Origin: an uncultured virus (IMG/VR IMGVR_UViG_3300042997_000753) | Lineage: Duplodnaviria > Heunggongvirae > Uroviricota > Caudoviricetes | IMG/VR virus record: IMGVR_UViG_3300042997_000753 | DNA: 64,000 nt | Strand: one strand, 5' to 3' | Shown here: piece after piece, positions 17,269 to 25,813 of the stretch | How the letters are laid out: every line of letters begins with the position of its first letter | Position numbering within the stretch: position 1 is the stretch's first letter | The notes under the pieces: model-generated | Database searches by the model: none | Told to the model about the DNA's origin: nothing | Seen by the model: only the letters and a program-made list of their open reading frames with translations | Position numbers and translations under genes: made by a program

Positions 17269-17308
17269 AGTACAAAGACATCCACGTCATTAACTCGGAG
17301 AATATAAA

Positions 17309-18052
17309 TTGACAAATAAAGAAACAGGCCTGGACGCAATGGCAGGCGATGGCGGATACCAGGAAGAAAAGTATCTAGGAAACTACCTTCGCGCAAAGAT
17401 GAGACGCGACAACAAACGCTTCTGGGCAGGCGATAACATTAGTGAATATGTTAACGATCATAACAAAGAGCAACTCATCGACGAAGCCGCAGAAGCATTT
17501 GAACTAGTACTTGATCGATTACTTATTGATCGCGAAAACGATCCTAACAGCAAGGGTACAGCACGACGCCTTGCTAAAATGTATTTTAACGAAATAATGG
17601 AAGGAAGATATGAACCAGCACCAGACGCTACAGCATTCCCGAACGATTCGCAGGACCGATACGAAGGAATGCTTGTGGTACGTAGTGAGCTTCGCAGTAT
17701 GTGCAGTCATCATCACCAACCTGTCAGTGGCGTTGCTTATATCGGGATTATTGCCGCTCAAAAGCTCATTGGCCTTAGCAAGTACACTCGTATTGCTCAG
17801 TGGTGTTCTCGTCGTGGTACGCTACAGGAAGAATTGTGCAACGACATTGCTCGTGAAATTTCAAAAGCAACAGATTCAGAAAACGTAGGTGTTTATTTAA
17901 GAATGACTCACGGGTGCTGTGAGAACAGGGGAATAATGGCCCACGATAGTTCAACAACTACTACAGTACTTAAAGGTGCGTTCACCAACGATGCTGGCAC
18001 TAAGAAAGAGTTTTTTGATACACTGAGTCTTCAAGAATCTAACAAGCGATAA
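17309..18052 (+). CDS. folE: GTP cyclohydrolase I
   Basis: SMCSHHHQP, GLSKYTR, LQEEL and HGCCENRG motifs; TTG start, SD GGAG. Confidence 0.95.
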   Translation: MTNKETGLDAMAGDGGYQEEKYLGNYLRAKMRRDNKRFWAGDNISEYVNDHNKEQLIDEAAEAFELVLDRLLIDRENDPNSKGTARRLAKMYFNEIMEGRYEPAPDATAFPNDSQDRYEGMLVVRSELRSMCSHHHQPVSGVAYIGIIAAQKLIGLSKYTRIAQWCSRRGTLQEELCNDIAREISKATDSENVGVYLRMTHGCCENRGIMAHDSSTTTTVLKGAFTNDAGTKKEFFDTLSLQESNKR

Positions 18053-18053
18053 A

Positions 18054-18614
18054 ATGGAGCGAAGAATGAACGATAAGCTGATGTTTGACACCACACGTCT
18101 AATCAACACGTACACATTAGAAAACGCTGACACAGTTAACGCTGCTCTGATTGATCTAATACGAATCCAGGGCGATAAGCAGGGCAGGAAAACTAATATT
18201 AAAGCAGACATGACCGAATGGCTCTTGCCTATTGATCATCAAGCGGCGCCCTACAACCAATTCTTTGATCTTCTGCGGGTTGGCGTAGTGGACAGTATCA
18301 CTCAGTTACTTAAACCTATTGATTACAGTCGCCAGCCACCCTATTCGTATTCAATTAGTTCGTTATGGGGTGCTATCTATCACACCGGTGATTATGCTAA
18401 CCCGCATAATCACTTTGCTTCGGCATTTAGTTTTTGTTATTATTTAAAGATGGATGAGCCACCTACCCCTTTGCAGTTTAAATCAATTGATCACAATATT
18501 ACTCCTACAGAAGGTATGCTGATCATATTCCCAGGGTGGATAGATCACGGGGTGCCCGAGTGCATGTCCCAAGACGAGCGAATTGTATTGGCCGGCAATA
18601 TAGAAATACACTAG
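18054..18614 (+). CDS. 2OG-Fe(II) oxygenase-like protein
   Basis: PHNH...SFCYY...IFPGWIDHGV...RIVLAGN. Confidence 0.75.
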   Translation: MERRMNDKLMFDTTRLINTYTLENADTVNAALIDLIRIQGDKQGRKTNIKADMTEWLLPIDHQAAPYNQFFDLLRVGVVDSITQLLKPIDYSRQPPYSYSISSLWGAIYHTGDYANPHNHFASAFSFCYYLKMDEPPTPLQFKSIDHNITPTEGMLIIFPGWIDHGVPECMSQDERIVLAGNIEIH

Positions 18615-18624
18615 GAGTTAAAGA

Positions 18625-18741
18625 ATGAAATATATTACCAACAAATTTGATAGCGTTCGCTTGCCAGTTGAAGAGGGCCTATTAGAGTGGTTGCAGGCAA
18701 AATATCCTGCATCAAAATACTTTATTAAGGAACTAGTATGA
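18625..18741 (+). CDS. 38-aa small protein (MKYITNKFDSVRLPVEEGLLEWLQAKYPASKYFIKELV)
   Basis: SD AGGAG upstream; ATGA overlap with the next gene; below the ORF-track cutoff. Confidence 0.6.
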   Translation: MKYITNKFDSVRLPVEEGLLEWLQAKYPASKYFIKELV

Positions 18742-18959
18742 AAACATTTGATACATTTGAACAAGTAGAAGACATGGGTGCTTGTGTAAAGCGACCCATT
18801 GTAGTACATGCTAAAAAGATTGATGAGGAATTTCGAGTCAATACTCTAGAAGGTAATTACAAACAAGGTAATCCCGGCGACTATCTTATGAAGGGCATCG
18901 ACGGTGAACTTTATATCTGCGACGGTCCTATTTTTGAACGAACATACGATTTTGTGTAA
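18738..18959 (+). CDS. small phage protein with TLEG...PGDY...GELY motif (PGDYG-like)
   Basis: NTLEGNYKQGNPGDYLMKGIDGELYIC...FERTY. Confidence 0.65.
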   Translation: MKTFDTFEQVEDMGACVKRPIVVHAKKIDEEFRVNTLEGNYKQGNPGDYLMKGIDGELYICDGPIFERTYDFV

Positions 18960-18975
18960 TAACTAAAGGATTACT

Positions 18976-19191
18976 ATGAACTCAGTAGATATGGCAAATA
19001 ATCTTATTTTTAGGGCAAAGAACCTGCACGAGTTTACTGTTACTACTGAGGTCCCAGATAACTTTAGGTTTAATGGCGTTGTTCCTTTTGATATGAGTAT
19101 TATTGATAACCAAATTGAAGCAAAAGTTTGGGCTGTAGACTTCGACGAGGCTGCAAAAAGATTAGATGATTTCTTAGGAACATGCAAATGA
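18976..19191 (+). CDS. hypothetical protein
   Basis: 71-aa ORF, SD AAGGA. Confidence 0.65.
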   Translation: MNSVDMANNLIFRAKNLHEFTVTTEVPDNFRFNGVVPFDMSIIDNQIEAKVWAVDFDEAAKRLDDFLGTCK

Positions 19192-19655
19192 AATGGTTTC
19201 TTGATTTTTTAGAAAGATTAGAACGTAAAAGAATTATAATGGATCGTGTAAACGATCAACCATATCTTGAAAGGTATTACGTTTTTCTAAAAGATAGAGA
19301 TTGGTTTCCGTTTAATGTTTTTATTCATAAATTTCTTAAATCAGATCCGGATGACGTACACGATCATCCTTGGCCCTATGCAACACTAATTCTTAAAGGT
19401 GGATATTATGAATGGACTCCTCAATTTGACAAACAGGGTTGTAAATTTAATGAGATATGTAAATGGCGAGGACCCGGCCATTTTCGTATATGTAGGGCTA
19501 ACAGCTATCATCGTATTGAGCTTGATCCTAGCGTAACTGCATGGACATTGTTTATGCCCGGTCCTCAGAAACGTGAATGGGGATTTTTAGTAAATAACAG
19601 GTGGATTCATAATGAAACATATCTATCTGAAAGGGCTAAAAATGCAAGAAATTAG
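19188..19655 (+). CDS. cupin-fold protein
   Basis: HDHPW...GGYYE...HRIEL motifs. Confidence 0.7.
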   Translation: MKWFLDFLERLERKRIIMDRVNDQPYLERYYVFLKDRDWFPFNVFIHKFLKSDPDDVHDHPWPYATLILKGGYYEWTPQFDKQGCKFNEICKWRGPGHFRICRANSYHRIELDPSVTAWTLFMPGPQKREWGFLVNNRWIHNETYLSERAKNARN

Positions 19656-19833
19656 TACTGGCGAAATATGGGAAGCGGGTGCTCGAGAATATTTTCGAGT
19701 AATTGATGTAGTTAATTTGGGGGATCAAATTTGGGTACACTATATGCGTCTTAAAGACTATCTCGAATACTCGTGCTTAAAAGAAAGTTTTATTCATAGA
19801 TTTAGAAAAGTATTAATCGATGAACGTCGTTAA
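19642..19833 (+). CDS. hypothetical protein
   Basis: Short operonic ORF. Confidence 0.5.
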   Translation: MQEISTGEIWEAGAREYFRVIDVVNLGDQIWVHYMRLKDYLEYSCLKESFIHRFRKVLIDERR

Positions 19834-20014
19834 TTTGACCTGGAACTCACAGGAAAACAAATGGTGGAATGAAAGTTGTGCCTTGATAATAGAACATTTT
19901 GGATTGCCGGGGCATAGATACACCACAGAAGTTTCTGTAGACTATATGAAATTCTTTTTTAAATCAGCAGAAGATAAACTCATGTGTGCAATACTACTCA
20001 GTGATAGACTATGA
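19820..20014 (+). CDS. hypothetical protein
   Basis: 64-aa operonic ORF. Confidence 0.55.
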   Translation: MNVVNLTWNSQENKWWNESCALIIEHFGLPGHRYTTEVSVDYMKFFFKSAEDKLMCAILLSDRL

Positions 20015-20262
20015 TAAAATATCTAGTGGGATTTGCAATAGGATTTTTAATGTGGGTATTAGTGCTCAGTCTAACACCAATGCCCGAGTATAGAGTATAC
20101 GATTGCGGTATGGCTGAATGGCATCCTGATATTCCTCTAGAAGTAAAAAAACAATGTCGAGAACTCAAACACCAACAATGGAAAAAAGAAAATGAAGGAA
20201 AAGTTCAAACAAACGTATATGAAGACCGCAAAGATATTCGCGGAACTCAGTTCAGCACGTAG
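20011..20262 (+). CDS. small protein with N-terminal membrane anchor
   Basis: Hydrophobic N-terminus; YDC...HPDIP...C motif. Confidence 0.6.
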   Translation: MIKYLVGFAIGFLMWVLVLSLTPMPEYRVYDCGMAEWHPDIPLEVKKQCRELKHQQWKKENEGKVQTNVYEDRKDIRGTQFST

Positions 20263-20713
20263 ACTTCACGTAGGTGCTATTGTAGTTAAAGATGATCGTA
20301 TTATCTCTATTGGCTATAATGGTATGCCGGCAGGTTGGGATAACGATTGTGAATACCGAGATTATATGAGCCGAGATGCAGGCGGCTGGCTAGACCCCGA
20401 TGAGATCTACGAACGTTGGCCTTTTGAAGAGGAAGACTTTGATCCCGATATAGGATATGCTAGGAGATATGCTTTAAAAACCAAGCCAGAGGTACTTCAT
20501 GCTGAATCAAATGCTATTGCAAAATTAGCAAAGTCGAATGACAGCGGCAATGGTGCTGATATTTTCATTACTCATGCCCCTTGTATTGAATGCGCCAAAC
20601 TTATATATCAGACTGGCATAAATGGTGTCTACTATAGTGAAAACTATAGAGATGATTCAGGAATTGAGTTCCTTAAAAAATCAGGAGTTAACATTGAAAA
20701 ATTGGACAATTGA
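20192..20713 (+). CDS. dCMP deaminase
   Basis: VGAIVV, GYNG, HAESNAI and PCIEC zinc motifs. Confidence 0.9.
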   Translation: MKEKFKQTYMKTAKIFAELSSARRLHVGAIVVKDDRIISIGYNGMPAGWDNDCEYRDYMSRDAGGWLDPDEIYERWPFEEEDFDPDIGYARRYALKTKPEVLHAESNAIAKLAKSNDSGNGADIFITHAPCIECAKLIYQTGINGVYYSENYRDDSGIEFLKKSGVNIEKLDN

Positions 20714-20858
20714 ACTACAAGACGATCCTGAAACAGGTGACTTGATATTACCCTTCCCTGAAGATATGCTCGAAGAAACAGGTTGGAAAGAAGGCGATGA
20801 GTTAGTTTGGAAAGATAATCAAGACGGCTCTTGGTCTTTATCAAAAAAGAATGTATAA
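20694..20858 (+). CDS. AbrB/MazE-like swapped-hairpin protein
   Basis: GDLILPFPEDMLEETGWKEGDELVW; SD GGAG before TTG 20694. Confidence 0.6.
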   Translation: MKNWTIELQDDPETGDLILPFPEDMLEETGWKEGDELVWKDNQDGSWSLSKKNV

Positions 20859-20859
20859 T
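20831..20859 (+). promoter_or_regulatory. sigma70-like promoter, possibly giving a leaderless mazG-like transcript
   Basis: TTGGTC-17 bp-TATAAT; ATG 6 nt downstream. Confidence 0.45.
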
Positions 20860-20865
20860 AGTAAT

Positions 20866-21153
20866 ATGAATAATAAAGAAAAAGAAATTCTAGACATTAC
20901 TCAAGAGGAATGTGCAGAAGTAATTGTTGCTATCAGCAAGATTAGTCGATTCGGTTTAGATAATGTCAAACCTGGTAAGCCACTTACTAATAGACAACAT
21001 CTAGCAGAAGAGTTAGGAGATTTACAGGCCATGATTGATCTTTGTATTGTGTACAATCTAGTAGACAAAAAAGAAGTGCTTGTATCAGCAGATAACAAAA
21101 TTGCTAAATTAAAAAAATGGTCAAACATATTTGAAAGTGAAATTAACTTATGA
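20866..21153 (+). CDS. MazG-like NTP pyrophosphohydrolase
   Basis: QEECAEV...LAEELGDL motifs. Confidence 0.8.
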   Translation: MNNKEKEILDITQEECAEVIVAISKISRFGLDNVKPGKPLTNRQHLAEELGDLQAMIDLCIVYNLVDKKEVLVSADNKIAKLKKWSNIFESEINL

Positions 21154-21176
21154 GTAAGATTAAAATTACAGAGTGA
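21150..21176 (+). pseudogene. orphan 5' remnant of queE (MSKIKITE*)
   Basis: Matches the QueE N-terminus MSKIKIAE at 7 of 8 residues; ATGA-coupled to the mazG-like stop. Confidence 0.75.
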
Positions 21177-21219
21177 AGAACACTATATAGGTATGCTGTT
21201 CTAATTCTGCTTAACATTG

Positions 21220-22422
21220 ATGATAAACTGGCCCGTAAAATTTGTAGAAAGCAAATATAGTAAGTGGTATGAATCCCTCATACACAAAGCACAACTACGA
21301 GGTTCTATACAAGGGTATAAAGAAACACATCATATTATTCCTCGTAGTTTCGGCGGCGATAATATCAAATCAAACGTAGTCCAACTAACTGCCCGCGAAC
21401 ATTACATTGCTCACGCATTGTTATGGAAAATGAAGTTTGAAGGTATATACGGTAGCAAAATGGCATTTGCGTTTAATACATTCATTAACAAAATGACTAC
21501 TAAGGAACGCGGCGTAAATCATACCTATACAATTTCCAGTAGGATGTATGAAACATTTAGAAAACACTATTCTCAAATGTTAAAAGAGAAGTATGCCAAA
21601 GAAGGCGGCACTTGGGTAGGACGAAAACACTCAGAAGAATCTAAAAAGAAGATTGGCGAGAAAAGTAAGTTAAAAGAGTTTAAACGCGGCCCAGAAAATC
21701 CTAATTGGGGTAAACCGTCTAAAGTAACTCCTGAAGGAAAAGAAAGACAACGTGCCGCGATCATTAAACGTTGGGCTGATCCAGAATACAAAGAAATGAT
21801 GATAGCTAAACGTCAAGCATTTTTTAATTCACCTGAAGGGATAAAACAACGCAAAAATACTAGTGGTAGAACAAAAGGTGTAAAACGAGATCCTGCCCAT
21901 ACAGAAAAAATGAGAGAAGCGGCATCTGCTCGAAAAGGCAAAAGTTGGAAAGAAATTTACACGCCGGAGCAGATTGAACATATGAGAGCATCGGCTAAAA
22001 ACAAAGTATATACTCCGGAAGGTAAAGACAGACAGCGTGAAGCATCCAGAGAAGTAGGAAAACGCCCAAAATCCGAAGAACACAGAAGGAAGATTTCTGA
22101 AAGTAACAAGAAAGTAGATAGGTGGTGGACAAGAGGAGAAAACAATCCTAATTTTGGAAAGAAAAAATCTGAAGAAGAACGCAAAGCAATGAGTGAACGC
22201 AGATTAGGTAAAACATTATCTCCTGAAATGTTAGAAATGCGAAGACAAAGAATGTTAGACAAACCAAAAAAAACTTGTAAACACTGTGGTAAAGTTTTAT
22301 CAAATACAGCCAACTATAATAGATGGCACGGGGATAATTGTAAAACTCTCCAAAAGAATTTACATTTATCGAATAATATGTTAAACTTAGAAATAATAAA
22401 GGATACAGATGTCAAAGATTAA
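21220..22422 (+). mobile_element. free-standing HNH homing endonuclease with NUMOD3 repeats
   Basis: HHIIPRSFGG...N...LTAREHYIAH; KHSEESKKKI, KSEEHRRKIS and KKSEEERKAMS repeats; C-terminal CKHC...HGDNC. Confidence 0.88.
22359..22387 (+). promoter_or_regulatory. sigma70-type promoter inside the endonuclease 3' end, driving queE
   Basis: TTTACA-17 bp-TAAACT with extended TGn; SD AAGGA follows. Confidence 0.55.
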
Positions 22423-23263
22423 GATAGCGGAACTTTTCTACTCTATACAAGGAGAGGGTAGATATATGGGTGTACCGAGTGTGTTTCTGCGCACATTTGG
22501 TTGTAATTTCAAATGTGCTGGCTTTGGTATGCCGCGTGGAGAAGTTAGTCACGAAGCAACTGACATTGCGGCTACACATACAATAATAGAGTCTTTTCAG
22601 AAGTATGAAGACTTACCCCTAGTTAGCACAGGCTGTGACAGTTATGCTAGTTGGCATCCAGACTTTAAAGATTTGTCGCCGATGCTTACAAGCGAAGCTA
22701 TCACAGATCGCATTATGGAAATTCTTCCACAGGATTACTGGGTCGATGAACACTTGGTCATCACAGGCGGAGAGCCGTTGCTAGGCTGGCAACGTGCTTA
22801 CCCAGACTTGTTAAACAATACTAAGATGCGTGACTTGAAAGAGATTACCTTCGAAACAAACGGTACTCAGAAGCTTACACCAGAATTTAAAGCATACTTG
22901 GCTAAATGGAATAGCGTAGTAGGCAGAGAAGTTACATTTAGTGTAAGTGCTAAACTGCCAGCAAGTGGTGAGAAGTGGGAAGAAGCTATCTGTCCAGAGA
23001 TTGTATGCGAGTACGAACAAGTTGGTACAGCATATTTGAAATTTGTAGTGGCAACGGAAGAAGATATTAAAGATGCAGAGTGTGCGGCAGGTGCATTTCG
23101 ACATGCTGGGTTTACCGGTCATATATATCTAATGCCAGTAGGTGGTGTAGAAAGTGTTTATACACTTAACGCAAAGAATGTAGCATTGGCAGCTATGAAA
23201 CGTGGCTGGCGTTATAGCGATAGACTACAAGTGCCACTATTTAAAAATGAGTGGGGTACATGA
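22409..23263 (+). CDS. queE: 7-carboxy-7-deazaguanine synthase (radical SAM)
   Basis: ELFYSIQGEG...VFLRTFGCNFKC, ITGGEPL, ETNGT and RLQV motifs. Confidence 0.92.
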   Translation: MSKIKIAELFYSIQGEGRYMGVPSVFLRTFGCNFKCAGFGMPRGEVSHEATDIAATHTIIESFQKYEDLPLVSTGCDSYASWHPDFKDLSPMLTSEAITDRIMEILPQDYWVDEHLVITGGEPLLGWQRAYPDLLNNTKMRDLKEITFETNGTQKLTPEFKAYLAKWNSVVGREVTFSVSAKLPASGEKWEEAICPEIVCEYEQVGTAYLKFVVATEEDIKDAECAAGAFRHAGFTGHIYLMPVGGVESVYTLNAKNVALAAMKRGWRYSDRLQVPLFKNEWGT

Positions 23264-23727
23264 TGCTAACAAAATTCTTTAAAAAAATAATGGGTATCGA
23301 TAAATTAGAGCAACAACTTATCGATACTAAAACAGCCATTGAAGAAGCTACAAAACTAGCTGATCAAAAAACTGATGAGATTGCAATCGTAGAACAAAAG
23401 ACAACCGTTGCTCTAGAACAAGAAGCATTAATAAAATTAGCACCAAAAGATCGTGCAACCAAATTAAAAGAACCCTGGGTAGGTGTTCTCAATACACATA
23501 TTAATAAAGATAACATACGTAATGGCTTTTTTGAGCTTGACTGGAACGAGCATTTTGTGTTAAAATTAAAGCAAGAGGGATATGGTTTTGACGGAGACAA
23601 AGACGAAGAAATTGTAGATCGTTGGTTCCGTGAACTATGTGCTAATGTGGTAGTTGACGGTGATTTTGGTGGCGCTGTAAACACTGGCGTTGTTGACATT
23701 AATCAAATTAGAAAAAAGAATCTATGA
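23260..23727 (+). CDS. hypothetical protein (GFFELDWN motif)
   Basis: ATGA overlap with the queE stop. Confidence 0.7.
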   Translation: MMLTKFFKKIMGIDKLEQQLIDTKTAIEEATKLADQKTDEIAIVEQKTTVALEQEALIKLAPKDRATKLKEPWVGVLNTHINKDNIRNGFFELDWNEHFVLKLKQEGYGFDGDKDEEIVDRWFRELCANVVVDGDFGGAVNTGVVDINQIRKKNL

Positions 23728-24731
23728 CATATATTTTAGTTGATACTGCAAACACTTTCTTTCGTGCTAGGCACGTTATCAACGGTGACGCTGATATCAA
23801 ACTAGGTATGGCCTTTCATATTACTTTAAACAGTATTAAAAAAGCGTGGCAAGACTTTGGTGGAAGTCATGTGGTGTTCTGCCTCGAGGGACGTAGCTGG
23901 CGTAAAGATCATTATAAGCCTTACAAGGCACAAAGAGCCGCTAGTCGTGCCGCACATACAGAACGTGAAGCAGAAGAAGAGAAAGTGTTTTGGGAAGCAT
24001 TTGATACATTCAAAGAGTTTGTAACAGAAAAGACAAACTGCACAGTACTACAACATTCACGCCTAGAAGCAGATGATTTAATTGCTGGATGGATACAGAC
24101 ACATCCAAACGATGACCATGTTATCATTTCAACCGATACAGACTTTGTACAATTGATTGCACCTAATGTACGCCAATTTAACGGCGTTATGGAAACTACT
24201 ATTACACATGAAGGTATTTTTGATGCAAAAGGTAAGAGAGTTATTGATAAAAAGACTCAAGAACCAAAAGCCATTCCGGACCCCCAGTGGTTACTCTTTG
24301 AGAAGTGTATGCGAGGCGATACCTCAGACAATGTATTCTCTGCATATCCGGGAGTACGGGAAAAAGGCACAAAAAATAAGGTTGGTCTCCGTGAGGCTTA
24401 CGGTGACAGAGATTTAAAAGGCTATGCGTGGAACAATCTCATGCTTCAGCGCTGGTCCGACCACGAAGGTAAAGAACATCGTGTGCTAGATGATTACGAA
24501 CGTAATCGTATTTTAATTGATCTTTCTGCACAGCCCGAAGAAATTAAAAACATCATTACAGAAACTATTGCTACAGCAACAAGTGCAAATAAGAATATTA
24601 GTCAAGTTGGTATTAGATTAATGAAATTTTGCAATCTATATGATCTTAAAAAGATTGCCGATCAAGCACAGGCCTATGCCGAGCCACTGAATGCAAGGTA
24701 TTCGAATGAAATTAAAACTTTGTCCGTATGA
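23724..24731 (+). CDS. rnh: T4-type RNase H / 5'-3' flap exonuclease
   Basis: ILVD, SWRK..Y.PYKAQR, EADD, STDTDF.QL and GDTSDN motifs. Confidence 0.9.
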   Translation: MTYILVDTANTFFRARHVINGDADIKLGMAFHITLNSIKKAWQDFGGSHVVFCLEGRSWRKDHYKPYKAQRAASRAAHTEREAEEEKVFWEAFDTFKEFVTEKTNCTVLQHSRLEADDLIAGWIQTHPNDDHVIISTDTDFVQLIAPNVRQFNGVMETTITHEGIFDAKGKRVIDKKTQEPKAIPDPQWLLFEKCMRGDTSDNVFSAYPGVREKGTKNKVGLREAYGDRDLKGYAWNNLMLQRWSDHEGKEHRVLDDYERNRILIDLSAQPEEIKNIITETIATATSANKNISQVGIRLMKFCNLYDLKKIADQAQAYAEPLNARYSNEIKTLSV

Positions 24732-24774
24732 AGATACTTGTGAATCAAAAACTAATAACTGTTGGGAGAACACT

Positions 24775-25251
24775 ATGACAGACTTACACGCTAAACCAAT
24801 TATAGAAAACAAATTCTGGATTGTTGAACGAGACGGTGAAAAATTTGCCACTCTAAGAAAGAATGAGGATAATAGATTTGTTATGAGTAACGAATTAGGG
24901 GTTCAAATCTATGATACAAAAGAAAGTCTTACTAGACAATTTGGTAAAAATTTCTTTGTGGCTAAAATTATTAAAGAAGCCAACGATGCATTACCTAACG
25001 AAGTTCACGGTTACGCCACAAGTGCCGAGCCGCATAATGCAATGTATGATATAAAAAGAAAGTTACCGTTGTTTACAAAGAGCGGCGATAGCAAGAGTTT
25101 ATACTGTGCAGGCTTTTATGTGATAAGGTTCGATAAAGGATGGGTAAAAAGTTTTTGTCCTAAATTGATAACATTACAAAGATACGAGTATCAAGGGCCG
25201 TTTCAATCCGAAATTGAGATGAAACAGGTGTTGGCTAATGTCTCAAAATAA
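24775..25251 (+). CDS. hypothetical protein
   Basis: SD GGAG before ATG 24775. Confidence 0.7.
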   Translation: MTDLHAKPIIENKFWIVERDGEKFATLRKNEDNRFVMSNELGVQIYDTKESLTRQFGKNFFVAKIIKEANDALPNEVHGYATSAEPHNAMYDIKRKLPLFTKSGDSKSLYCAGFYVIRFDKGWVKSFCPKLITLQRYEYQGPFQSEIEMKQVLANVSK

Positions 25252-25489
25252 TATTCCAAATACGTTACCAGGTGTTGAAAAACTTATTCAACGCATAGCA
25301 GTTGCAGAGCGTGGTCAGCAAAAAGATATAAGAATAACAATTCAAGAAGCAAGAGAGCTTACTCAAGAATTAGCTGTGATGACTTCTAGATTAGGAAAAA
25401 CCGTTCTAGAAATACACACAATGCTGGCGGAAATACGTGAATCTACTACCAACATCAATGTTAAATTTGATGGTGGCAACTTTAATTAG
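25238..25489 (+). CDS. hypothetical protein
   Basis: 83-aa operonic ORF. Confidence 0.65.
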   Translation: MSQNNIPNTLPGVEKLIQRIAVAERGQQKDIRITIQEARELTQELAVMTSRLGKTVLEIHTMLAEIRESTTNINVKFDGGNFN

Positions 25490-25491
25490 AC

Positions 25492-25528
25492 ATAAATATA
25501 TACGTGCTTTATAATAACACGTATAGAT
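25492..25528 (+). promoter_or_regulatory. late promoter motif followed by an 8-bp hairpin before the ATG
   Basis: ATAAATA at 25492-25498; TATACGTG (25499-25506) / CACGTATA (25518-25525). Confidence 0.55.
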
Positions 25529-25813
25529 ATGAGTCGACCTAAACCCAAAGTTATTCTTGAATACACTGACAAGGAAACCTACAAAGTTGAGCAAATTCTC
25601 AACAGTGATGCCATTTGGGCTGTGTTTTACAAAGATCAGCCTTTTAATTTGAAAAGTGGTAGTATGGTATCCAGTTATCCTGGCCCAAAGTACAAAAAGG
25701 TTAGTTTTAGTAATCCCGGACACGCAAGAAATTTAGCCAAGAAACTGAACAAGTTGTTTAAGACCACAGACTTTGCAGTGTTTAAATTAAATGCCGGAGA
25801 ACGAGTAGACTAA
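25529..25813 (+). CDS. basic hypothetical protein (MSRPKP...)
   Basis: 94-aa ORF. Confidence 0.7.
   Translation: MSRPKPKVILEYTDKETYKVEQILNSDAIWAVFYKDQPFNLKSGSMVSSYPGPKYKKVSFSNPGHARNLAKKLNKLFKTTDFAVFKLNAGERVD

Noticed and set aside
20694..21153. mazE-mazG toxin-antitoxin remnant
   Set aside because: No MazF-like toxin nearby; AbrB-like and MazG-like genes are each common in phages
21177..22408. Group I intron interrupting queE
   Set aside because: Downstream queE has its own complete start, SD and promoter; the upstream piece is a duplicate ending in a stop; there is almost no non-coding room for a ribozyme core
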